62,438 nucleotides of DNA from a virus (IMGVR_UViG_3300023174_000004:1-62438); one strand, 5' to 3'. Shown: positions 1-7,347, counted from the first letter of the stretch. Notes: generated by a model from the letters alone, not told the origin. Program-made: numbers and translations.

Positions 1-75
1 TGCCAGCACGGGCGTAACCACCAATAATGTGGATAAGACCCATGCCATACGCCCCGAACCCAGGGATATAGTCAT
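1..75. repeat. Terminal direct repeat (identical to 62364-62438), probably assembly overlap of a circular or circularly permuted genome
   Basis: The first and last 75 nt are identical, and the portal ORF reads through the junction. Confidence 0.95.
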
Positions 76-1114
76 ACTGCACCAGATGCTGACGCTTTTG
101 GTAGTTCTCATCATCTTGCTCCCAGTTGCGATAGATTGCCAGAACCTCTTGTGTACCCTTGTCGATTGTCACGATGTAGGGGACAGCTACTTCATCTTCG
201 TCCTCATACCCTTTGAGGTTCCAGTCCACCTGAATCTCATACACCTGATACCGATCGTCGTCAGTAACTGAATAGCCTTGCTCCTCAGCTTTCTTCTTCT
301 CAACGTCCGTGTGGCTCATCACCGGCTCACCCAGATCAATGTCTCGGTAGAACCCAGCCACTTGCAACTTCTTGATGTCGTTCTTGGTCTTACGCATAAC
401 GTGCGTCACACGCTCAGCCATCCGCGCACCACTCGACCCGTAGGGGATGATCACATCTTCTGCTGGCACAAAGATCGAAGTCTGCCGTCCCAAGCCCGGA
501 TCAAAATACACCTTTTTGAACGCCGAGCCTGCAAGCCCCAAGTTAAACAGCATGCGCTCATGCTCTGGCCGGTACTCAGGCATTTCTTCAGTCAGCTTGA
601 AGTTCATGTCATCTTGAACACGCTGAGCCGCCTGTTCTTTGAGCTTGTCTATTGCTCCGATGATTTCTGTTTTAACTGGGCCTTGAGCCGGAAATGTCTC
701 AGTAATCGTTTCGCTCTGAAACCTAATCGCGGCTTCTGTAAGAACTGTTGAATATACTCCGCAAGCCCCGTTCCAAGGTTCTGTTCTCTCTTCATACTTA
801 GTCCCCAGTACTTCAAGACCTTTCACATACGTCTCAGTCCAATCCTTGCGGCTAGCAATGTCGGCATCCACTAGCTCCAGTAGGTCACTAGCTAAGTTGG
901 CCAACTCGCCCTCATCCATCTCTTCAGCAAGGTTTGCGCCAAAATCTCCGTCTTCTTTATCATCCCCTGGCTCAAGTGTGATCTCCATACTGCCGTCACT
1001 CAAAGTAACCGCATCAGGATTCTCAATCTCTATCTCCAGATCGGGCTCCATGCTATCCATCCCTAACCCTATAGGGGCTGCATACATACCCTTGTCCATC
1101 ATGTTCGTTGCCAT
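1..1114 (-). CDS. Portal protein, N-terminal part (continues into 61078-62438)
   Basis: Manual translation from ATG at 1114 (AAGGA upstream): MATNMMDKG...SRKDWTETYVKGLEVLG...TEPWNGACGVYSTVLTEAAIRFQSE...YDYIPGFGAYGMGLIHIIGG, in frame with the ORF at the window end; follows TerL. Confidence 0.85.
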   Translation of the reverse strand, partial: MATNMMDKGMYAAPIGLGMDSMEPDLEIEIENPDAVTLSDGSMEITLEPGDDKEDGDFGANLAEEMDEGELANLASDLLELVDADIASRKDWTETYVKGLEVLGTKYEERTEPWNGACGVYSTVLTEAAIRFQSETITETFPAQGPVKTEIIGAIDKLKEQAAQRVQDDMNFKLTEEMPEYRPEHERMLFNLGLAGSAFKKVYFDPGLGRQTSIFVPAEDVIIPYGSSGARMAERVTHVMRKTKNDIKKLQVAGFYRDIDLGEPVMSHTDVEKKKAEEQGYSVTDDDRYQVYEIQVDWNLKGYEDEDEVAVPYIVTIDKGTQEVLAIYRNWEQDDENYQKRQHLVQYDYIPGFGAYGMGLIHIIGGYARAG

Positions 1115-1123
1115 TTTGTGTCC

Positions 1124-2638
1124 TTAGTAAAACGCTGCGGTTCTGCGGCGAAAGAATTTAATGTCTTCAGGCTCATCACTCGGTAAGCGAATAAACCCTC
1201 CCTGCCTAAACCGCATTAATGCCTGTGTTGTCGAGTCCACCAAGTCATCGTTAGTACCTGAAGGAAAGTCATTGCACTCTTCAATGACCTCTCGTGCCCA
1301 CCTGCGGTCTGGAGCCCATACTATGCCAGAAGCCAGAAGGTCTGATACAGCATTCACTCTTGATATTTTGTCCTGTCCTTTGCCCGGTGTAAACTCCGCG
1401 ACCGGCACACCCATGCGCCTCAACTCTTGGTAGATCGCCGCGCCGTTGGACTTCTTCTCCACAACGAACGCATCTGGCTCCCACTCTTTGTACTCCTCCA
1501 GCACCAGCTTCTTTAACTCTGGAAACTCCAGACGCCGCTTAATCGCATTGAGCAAGATGATGTTGTAGTTGTTAGTCTTCTCGTTGAGGAACACTCCCCA
1601 CACAGTCAAAGCGTTGTAGTCAGCCCGGTTGTTAGCTTCTTGTGCAGCATCCAGACTCATGATGGTGAACTCGCAGTGGGGCGGGTCATCTTCCTCCCAT
1701 ATCTGCCACCACTCCCTCTTTAATAGCGCACCTTCTTCAGAGACAGGGTTCTGCATGTACTGGGCCTGCCAGTACCGGGGGTCCATACCTGCCTTCTTAG
1801 ACAGCAGTTCGTCCAAAGACCAGAAGTCGCTCCACAGTGGCTTATCGTTCAAGATGGCTGGGAACTCTACGATTTCCCATTGATCAACGTCCACTTCTTT
1901 GCTCATCTGGGACACAATCTGCCCAGTTAAGTCAAGTTTTGACCACCTTGTCATCACTATAACAATAGCGCCGCCCGGCATAAGCCGCTGCAAAGGGCCA
2001 GACTGAAACCATTCCCAAGCAGGAAGAAAGACATCGGGTCTGCCAGTCTTAGCGTCTTGTTCAGAATGAGGATCATCAATAATGAATAGGTCAGCACCGC
2101 GCCCAGCAAGAGCGCCACCCACACCAATTGCAAAGTACTCGCCATTGAAGTTCGTCCCCCACCTAGACGCAGACTTACTGTCCACTTGCAGTTCTACCTG
2201 CGGAAATATGTCTTTGTAGGGCTGCATTCCCACCAAATTTCGCACCCTACGACCAAAATTCACCGCCAAATCTGCGGTGTGGGAGGCCATAATGACCTTT
2301 TTATGAGGATATTTGCCCAAAAACCATGCTGGAGCCAGATAACTGATCAGTTCTGACTTACCGTGACGGGGGGCAATGTTGACAATTACCCGCTTCTTCT
2401 TACCAGCGGCAATGTCTTCAAATATTTTTGCCAAGCGGCGATGATGTGGGCCAACTTTGTAACCGGGATAGACATGATCTGCAAACTCCAGCAAGGAATC
2501 CTTGCCAACAACCTGAACTGACTGGGAATCCCACGCTTTTAACGCCTCCAACGTCCTGAGTTTCTCCTCCAAAGGCAAGTTTGGAAGAATTTGTCGCAAC
2601 TTTGCGATCTTTTCAGGCGTCAATTGCGTCTGAGTCAT
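1124..2638 (-). CDS. terL: Terminase large subunit
   Basis: Walker A APRHGKS, GRGADLFIIDDPH Walker B, C-terminal nuclease motif FPSGTNDDLVDS. Confidence 0.95.
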   Translation of the reverse strand: MTQTQLTPEKIAKLRQILPNLPLEEKLRTLEALKAWDSQSVQVVGKDSLLEFADHVYPGYKVGPHHRRLAKIFEDIAAGKKKRVIVNIAPRHGKSELISYLAPAWFLGKYPHKKVIMASHTADLAVNFGRRVRNLVGMQPYKDIFPQVELQVDSKSASRWGTNFNGEYFAIGVGGALAGRGADLFIIDDPHSEQDAKTGRPDVFLPAWEWFQSGPLQRLMPGGAIVIVMTRWSKLDLTGQIVSQMSKEVDVDQWEIVEFPAILNDKPLWSDFWSLDELLSKKAGMDPRYWQAQYMQNPVSEEGALLKREWWQIWEEDDPPHCEFTIMSLDAAQEANNRADYNALTVWGVFLNEKTNNYNIILLNAIKRRLEFPELKKLVLEEYKEWEPDAFVVEKKSNGAAIYQELRRMGVPVAEFTPGKGQDKISRVNAVSDLLASGIVWAPDRRWAREVIEECNDFPSGTNDDLVDSTTQALMRFRQGGFIRLPSDEPEDIKFFRRRTAAFY

Positions 2639-3182
2639 TAGGGATTACCCTCGATTGTACGTTAATTGTGCGTTTTTCCAAGCGTTCTAGAGTTTCGAGC
2701 AACTCTTTCTCCACCTCTTCCATAGATTGTTGTTTGTGAGTGACTTCGGTACGCTTCTTAAACGCATCTACGCCATCTACTTCGCCTAAAGCCTTGATGG
2801 CTCCCAGCCGAATTTTGGCATCGGGGTGATCACACTCCTTCACAAGTTTATTGACTACGAAACGCTTGTAATCTGCAAGTTCTTTTACAAGGTCAGCCTG
2901 ATACATGGACACCATGCCAGCCAAGTACGCCATTGTTTCGTTGGGGTACTGATTTAAATTAAGTTGGGTCTCAGGGTTAGTGATCACTTCGTTAGCCAAT
3001 TGAACCGCTCGGTCCCGATGTTCTTCGGTGGGTTCAATGGGTGTATCAGTTAGATCGGCAATGAGCTTGACGGTTCGACCTCGCATTTGAATTTCTTCAA
3101 AGTCGGTCATTTCAGGCATGGCATCCGTAGCGTTGAGAGGCAACGGAACGTCAGATTGCGGTAGTGATACTAGCGGCGTCAT
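2613..3182 (-). CDS. Putative terminase small subunit
   Basis: 189 aa directly upstream of and overlapping terL; helical with RLGAIKALGEVDGVDAF segment. Confidence 0.55.
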   Translation of the reverse strand: MTPLVSLPQSDVPLPLNATDAMPEMTDFEEIQMRGRTVKLIADLTDTPIEPTEEHRDRAVQLANEVITNPETQLNLNQYPNETMAYLAGMVSMYQADLVKELADYKRFVVNKLVKECDHPDAKIRLGAIKALGEVDGVDAFKKRTEVTHKQQSMEEVEKELLETLERLEKRTINVQSRVIPNDSDAIDA

Positions 3183-3288
3183 AGGAGGAAAGCGGGCACT
3201 CCGTATAAATATATGCCCATTATAGGCATGGAACCAGAAATGTAAAGGGGGGGTCTCCGCAGAAAAAGTGCAGAGTTAAACTGCGGAT

Positions 3289-3315
3289 AAAAAAAGACCC
3301 CCACCGGGGGGGTCT
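3289..3315 (-). terminator. Putative intrinsic terminator on the minus strand upstream of the terminase genes
   Basis: AGACCCCC/GGGGGTCT stem followed by a T run on the minus strand. Confidence 0.5.
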
Positions 3316-3463
3316 AAAGGAGGAGAAGGAGCAACTGCTCGGAGTGGAGTTTAGCATGGAAAAAAGTGTGGTGGTTTGTGTGGATTATGGGGTGTGGGGG
3401 CGGAGGAGTCCCTTCTGCTGTATTGGGGGGTGGCCGGGCGGTGGGGTCGCGCCCCCTGCAAAC

Positions 3464-3492
3464 TGGACATATCGCCCCCCCTTTGGTATATT
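3464..3492 (+). promoter_or_regulatory. Sigma70-like early promoter P1
   Basis: TGGACA-17bp-TATATT, then hairpin CACTGC-AACATC-GCAGTG (3498-3515) and RBS AACTGGAGATCA. Confidence 0.65.
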
Positions 3493-3532
3493 TAAACCAC
3501 TGCAACATCGCAGTGCTTAACTGGAGATCAAC

Positions 3533-3754
3533 ATGAACCAAGAGTTACAACACCTCGCAATCCAGATGTACACGCCACTCTTTGGAGAGCGTGACACTGT
3601 GAAAGAAGCATATGACTATGCAATGGCTATTGCCAAAGCAAGCGACAACCCTGCCGCAGTTACCACGGCAATCCATGTCCTGATGAACACCATCAGCAAG
3701 GACATTGAACTGTGGAACAGCGCACCACGCAAGGTTAGGAAAGAGAACAACTGA
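3533..3754 (+). CDS. Small early hypothetical protein (73 aa); its stop codon lies in hammerhead 1
   Basis: Strong GGAG RBS; TGA is part of CTGATGA. Confidence 0.8.
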   Translation: MNQELQHLAIQMYTPLFGERDTVKEAYDYAMAIAKASDNPAAVTTAIHVLMNTISKDIELWNSAPRKVRKENN

Positions 3755-3796
3755 TGAGACCTTAATGGTCGAAACCGCAGGGATGCGGTCTTGTTC
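3745..3796 (+). ncRNA. Type I hammerhead ribozyme, copy 1 (predicted cleavage after C3790)
   Basis: Stem I GAACAA/TTGTTC; core CTGATGA; stem II GACC-TTAAT-GGTC; GAAA; stem III CCGCA-GGGA-TGCGG; GUC cleavage triplet. Confidence 0.93.
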
Positions 3797-3814
3797 AACA
3801 AACTGGAGATCAAC

Positions 3815-4000
3815 ATGAAACCATGGAATGAAATGACTGCCATCGAGCAGAAACGTGCAGAGTACAGCGACTTGCACAAGGACACATTCGGACATCGCCC
3901 ATCAATGCAGGACTTTGAAAGAGTGGCTAAGTTAACTGATGATGAGTACATGAAAGAGTACACATACTTGGCTGAGTTGATGAGTAGACAGGACAACTGA
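3815..4000 (+). CDS. Small early hypothetical protein (61 aa) flanked by two hammerheads
   Basis: RBS AACTGGAGATCAAC before ATG 3815; YSDLHKDTFGHRP motif; TGA inside hammerhead 2. Confidence 0.8.
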   Translation: MKPWNEMTAIEQKRAEYSDLHKDTFGHRPSMQDFERVAKLTDDEYMKEYTYLAELMSRQDN

Positions 4001-4042
4001 TGAGACCTTAATGGTCGAAACCGCAGGGATGCGGTCTTGTTC
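3991..4042 (+). ncRNA. Type I hammerhead ribozyme, copy 2 (predicted cleavage after C4036)
   Basis: Core, stem II and stem III identical to copy 1; stem I GGACAA/TTGTTC, where a G-U wobble preserves pairing. Confidence 0.93.
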
Positions 4043-4060
4043 AACAAACTGGAGATTAGT

Positions 4061-4249
4061 ATGCAGGTATATATCGACCTTCGTAAAGTTTTTGTAGAAG
4101 CTATGAAACACATGGAAGACGAAAGCGATGTACGCTGGACTATCGGTATGGCGCTTCAAGAGCTATACGGAAACGAGTGGATGTACAGCCTTCAACAAAG
4201 CATGGTTGAAGAATTTGAAGCAACGCAAGCCTTACAGAAGGACAACTAA
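4061..4249 (+). CDS. Small early hypothetical protein (62 aa)
   Basis: RBS ACTGGAGA before ATG 4061; followed by a terminator. Confidence 0.75.
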   Translation: MQVYIDLRKVFVEAMKHMEDESDVRWTIGMALQELYGNEWMYSLQQSMVEEFEATQALQKDN

Positions 4250-4260
4250 ATGTAATTTAA

Positions 4261-4283
4261 GGGAGCTTCGGCTCCCTTTTTTT
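4261..4283 (+). terminator. Intrinsic terminator
   Basis: GGGAGC-TTCG-GCTCCC followed by T7. Confidence 0.9.
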
Positions 4284-4294
4284 ACGCCTATACC

Positions 4295-4338
4295 TTTTGA
4301 TGCCAGTCATTTGTTCCCGCGAGAGCGTAGGGCGCGAG
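4295..4338. repeat. Conserved post-terminator box, copy 1
   Basis: TTTTGATGCCAGTnATTTGTyCCCGCGAGwGyGTA..GCGCGAG; also at 4984-5030 and 5816-5862. Confidence 0.85.
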
Positions 4339-4369
4339 TGCCGAGATCGTGCATCAGACCCCTGTAAAC

Positions 4370-4398
4370 TGGACATAAGCGCCCATTTCACCTACAGT
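4370..4398 (+). promoter_or_regulatory. Sigma70-like early promoter P2
   Basis: TGGACA-17bp-TACAGT, followed by a long 5' hairpin at 4405-4446. Confidence 0.6.
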
Positions 4399-4472
4399 TG
4401 ACCCATGGACAGCAAAGTGCATCGTCTGGTGCAGTCTGTTGTTCATTCATTCTTTTCTTTTTTGGAGATCAC

Positions 4473-4928
4473 ATGAAAACACGCAAACTAAACCCCTTTA
4501 TTAGTGCACTCAACAGCGCATTGGACGACCGTCAAAAGTCAGTCAATGAGATGCGGAATAACATTAACGAGGTCAAATCCAAGAAATTGGAATTGAGAGT
4601 TAAGTATGGACGTTTGTTCACAGACTTGCCCGGCAGTTTTAGCATCAGTCTTTCCTGCGAAAAGCCGGTAGCTTATGTCAGCATGAGACGCCTTGAATCT
4701 TTTAAAGACGCAAGGTTGACCGATTTTTTGGATAAGCTAGTTGCGATGGAAGGTGAAATGTCTTCCACAGATTACGCGAGCATCATGAATCGCTCATTCA
4801 CCTGTAATTTTTCAGATTTTCAGGTTTATGTTGATGCCTATGTGAAAGACGACAGCCCAACCTGCCGTAAGGTGGTGATTGGTACGAAAATAGAGGAAGT
4901 GTTAGAGTACGAGATAGTCTGCGACTGA
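4473..4928 (+). CDS. Early hypothetical protein (151 aa)
   Basis: TTGGAGATCAC RBS before ATG 4473; has its own promoter and terminator. Confidence 0.8.
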   Translation: MKTRKLNPFISALNSALDDRQKSVNEMRNNINEVKSKKLELRVKYGRLFTDLPGSFSISLSCEKPVAYVSMRRLESFKDARLTDFLDKLVAMEGEMSSTDYASIMNRSFTCNFSDFQVYVDAYVKDDSPTCRKVVIGTKIEEVLEYEIVCD

Positions 4929-4941
4929 GACTGATCTTGCT

Positions 4942-4975
4942 AAGACCCTGGGCCTTGTGCTCAGGGTCTTTTTTT
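4942..4975 (+). terminator. Intrinsic terminator
   Basis: AAGACCCTGGGC/GCTCAGGGTCTT stem followed by a T run. Confidence 0.85.
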
Positions 4976-4983
4976 GTCCCTGC

Positions 4984-5030
4984 TTTTTGATGCCAGTTAT
5001 TTGTTCCCGCGAGAGTGTACCGAGCGCGAG
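4984..5030. repeat. Conserved post-terminator box, copy 2
   Basis: Near-identical to 4295-4338. Confidence 0.85.
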
Positions 5031-5068
5031 CGTGGCGGCTATATAACGACTCAGTCCCCCCTGAGGGG

Positions 5069-5097
5069 TTGACTTTCCCCTATGGATAGATTACATT
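5069..5097 (+). promoter_or_regulatory. Sigma70-like early promoter P3
   Basis: TTGACT-17bp-TACATT, followed by a hairpin at 5104-5146; CTCAG-N6-CTGAG site immediately upstream (5050-5065). Confidence 0.7.
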
Positions 5098-5173
5098 TAA
5101 TACATGGACAGCGCGGTGCATCGGTTTGGTGTAGTTTGGTGTCCATTAATTCAACTTTTTTTGGAGATTCACA

Positions 5174-5758
5174 ATGCAAAGCATTAATGTAAAAAACCTC
5201 ACCTATAAATTCGCTACTCTCAAAAGTGACGAATTAGATGTTGCAAAAGAGATTTACTCTGAGTACCCTGATTTTCATGAGCGTCAGAGTGACGAAGTTT
5301 TGCAAGCGGTTAAAGAGGGCGCGATGTTGAAATGGCAGGAATTGAACCCCGCAAAATCTTATTCTGCAAAGGATTGGACACCCGTCAAAGATGGGACAAA
5401 GGGCGCGATTCTCGCCACCGCTGAATGGGCCTTGAGTGTCAGCACTCAGAAAACAAACAGTATGAAAAAAGATGACCCAGGTCAACACGCGATTTTGCGT
5501 AGTGTGCAAATTCCATGCAATGCTTATATCTCAGCGACTAAGGTCGCATTGATCGCAAAGGTGAGAGAGCATCACAATGCGGTTACAGGGATTAAAAAAG
5601 AGAGAGCACCAACGGCATGGTTTACCGATCACTTGAAAACAACATTCGTTGCACTCAAGACCCGATGCAAGACAGCTAAGGGTAGGGGGGACGATGGTGC
5701 TGATAGTGATAAGTTAGATAAGGCAATCGCCGCATTCAATGCGGTTTGGTTAAAGTAA
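5174..5758 (+). CDS. Early hypothetical protein (194 aa)
   Basis: TTGGAGA RBS; monocistronic cassette. Confidence 0.8.
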   Translation: MQSINVKNLTYKFATLKSDELDVAKEIYSEYPDFHERQSDEVLQAVKEGAMLKWQELNPAKSYSAKDWTPVKDGTKGAILATAEWALSVSTQKTNSMKKDDPGQHAILRSVQIPCNAYISATKVALIAKVREHHNAVTGIKKERAPTAWFTDHLKTTFVALKTRCKTAKGRGDDGADSDKLDKAIAAFNAVWLK

Positions 5759-5768
5759 TTTAACCCCG

Positions 5769-5806
5769 AGACCCGATCAATCGCAAGGTTGATCGGGTCT
5801 TTTTTT
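5769..5806 (+). terminator. Intrinsic terminator
   Basis: AGACCCGATCAATC-GCAA-GGTTGATCGGGTCT followed by a T run. Confidence 0.9.
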
Positions 5807-5815
5807 CGTCCGAGA

Positions 5816-5862
5816 TTTTTTTGATGCCAGTGATTTGTCCCCGCGAGTGTGTACAGCGCGAG
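5816..5862. repeat. Conserved post-terminator box, copy 3
   Basis: Near-identical to copies 1 and 2. Confidence 0.85.
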
Positions 5863-5929
5863 TCTTAAATAGCGGGTCAGCCATGCCTGAGGCAATAGAT
5901 AAGGGTTTAGCTACCGAGCCTTCCCCCCG

Positions 5930-6560
5930 AGTTATGTCCAGTTAGTGTTCTAGGTCATATGTCCAGTTTGTTTTGAAAATAGAACATGTCAAGTTTGGTT
6001 TTGTTCTACTTTCAGGACAAACTGTACAAAAGAGTTAGAACATGTCAAGTTAGTGTTCTAAGTTATATGTCCAGTTTGTCTCGAAAATAGAACATGTCAA
6101 GTTAGTGTTCTAACTCTTTTGTCCAGTTTGTTCTGGAAATAGAACATGTTCTACTTTTTTTAAACTTTACAGAACAGAGTTGGACATATCTTTGTCTTAT
6201 AAATCAAGCACTTACAGCGTTCGACCCCTATTTGTTCTATTTGTTCTAGTGTTTTCGGGCAACAAAGGGATTTTTAATTAAAAGAGAGCAAGAGAGCATG
6301 TCAGCAAGTGCAAAGACTCAACTTTACACAACCCGCAAAAAAACATAAAAAAACCCCCGCCCCTCTAAAATCACTAGAACAAATAGAACATGTAAAGTTA
6401 TATATATTTTATATATATATATAGTAGTAATAAAACCCTTTTATTCGTAAAGTTAACCCCTCTTTTGAATACTTTATTACTTTGTTCTAATGTTCTATTT
6501 ACCTGATTAAAAATTAAGCACCGCCTAGAACATTTAGAACATGTCAAGTTACAGCCCTTT
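5930..6560. repeat. Non-coding iteron array with AT-rich tract, putative replication origin
   Basis: TAGAACATGTCAAGTT at 5980, 6036, 6088 and 6535; many TAGAACA/TGTTCTA and ATGTCCAGTT units; 29-bp inverted repeat 6014-6042/6106-6134; (TA)n tract near 6398-6424. Confidence 0.65.
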
Positions 6561-6582
6561 ATAAAAAACACACCTGCTTCCA

Positions 6583-6611
6583 TTGTATTATATGTAAAGT
6601 TACTATAAAAT
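6583..6611 (+). promoter_or_regulatory. Putative promoter
   Basis: TTGTAT-17bp-TAAAAT; the spacer contains an iteron-like ATGTAAAGTT. Confidence 0.5.
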
Positions 6612-6723
6612 GGGAGTTCGCTGGGAGAGAAAACTGCCTGAACAGGCTGGCTAACAGCGATCCGCAGTCTGTGCCGCTAGATAGTGGCTCAGACAACCCT
6701 GAGACTTTAAACTGGAGATCAGC

Positions 6724-7053
6724 ATGAAAGCTACCTTTGTTCAACACAAACTGAACCTGCCCTATCCCCTGCACCCTGCCACACATCAGTACCTGCCCCG
6801 CCGTATGCGTAAGGCGTTGCGCGTTGTGATACCCAAGGGTAAACCCCAGACCTATACCAACTGGGATGTGGATGTTGAATTGCGGACAGACCACATTGAC
6901 CCTGTGCTACACCAGAACCTAGAGTTCCTTGATCGTGCATACGACTTTGATGAGTTCGGTGACATTGACAATGAGTTCGATGGGCTGACGATCGTTGAGC
7001 CCATGAACGAGGTCGAGTTGTTTAACTTCTGCACTGGGTACGATGTGATCTAA
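6724..7053 (+). CDS. Hypothetical protein with acidic C-terminus
   Basis: AACTGGAGATCA RBS. Confidence 0.75.
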   Translation: MKATFVQHKLNLPYPLHPATHQYLPRRMRKALRVVIPKGKPQTYTNWDVDVELRTDHIDPVLHQNLEFLDRAYDFDEFGDIDNEFDGLTIVEPMNEVELFNFCTGYDVI

Positions 7054-7103
7054 ATGTGCAGAGTAATAAACGATGTCTCAGCCTACCCTGAGGAGATAAA
7101 CAA

Positions 7104-7325
7104 ATGAGCAAAAGAAAATGGATCAAGCCTGGGCCCATGACAGGCTATCCCCCTGGCTTACTGCAAGACGATGACCCTCAGTTGTCGAAGTGGTTTGCCA
7201 CACGCCTTGACGCACGGCGAGTAGTGCGTAGTGTTTGCAAGGAGATCGAAGATGAACGACTACACCATGTCCGAGCGCATACAGCGCGTTGTGGTTCTGG
7301 TAGCACTGATCGTGCTAATGCTTGA
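7104..7325 (+). CDS. Hypothetical protein
   Basis: GAGGAG RBS; TGYPPGLLQDD segment. Confidence 0.6.
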   Translation: MSKRKWIKPGPMTGYPPGLLQDDDPQLSKWFATRLDARRVVRSVCKEIEDERLHHVRAHTARCGSGSTDRANA

Positions 7326-7347
7326 TGTACTAATCTGGCGTCCGTGA
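7252..7347 (+). CDS. 31-aa single-pass membrane peptide (not in the ORF track)
   Basis: AAGGAGA RBS; MNDYTMSERIQRVVVLVALIVLMLDVLIWRP. Confidence 0.6.
   Translation: MNDYTMSERIQRVVVLVALIVLMLDVLIWRP

Noticed and set aside
1-75. Biological terminal repeat
   Set aside because: It falls in the middle of the portal gene and its length is typical of assembler overlap.
29-1127. Plus-strand ORFs 29-271, 278-751 and 846-1127, and similar antisense ORFs across the structural arm
   Set aside because: They are antisense shadows of well-supported minus-strand genes such as the portal.
3745-4060. The ~60-nt direct repeats as a CRISPR array with the Cas4-like gene (19124-19783)
   Set aside because: There are only two copies, the intervening sequence is a ~190-nt ORF, and the repeat fits a hammerhead. 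The nuclease is an ordinary replication-module exonuclease and no other cas genes are present.
3616-4113. Minus-strand ORFs with an internal peptide repeat (ISSLLNKTASLRFRPLRSHQL)
   Set aside because: These are antisense shadows of the duplicated ribozyme and have no RBS.
3533-4249. TGA recoding that would fuse the three in-frame ORFs into one protein
   Set aside because: Each ORF has its own strong RBS and ATG, TGA is used as a normal stop throughout the genome, and the double TGA is dictated by the ribozyme core.
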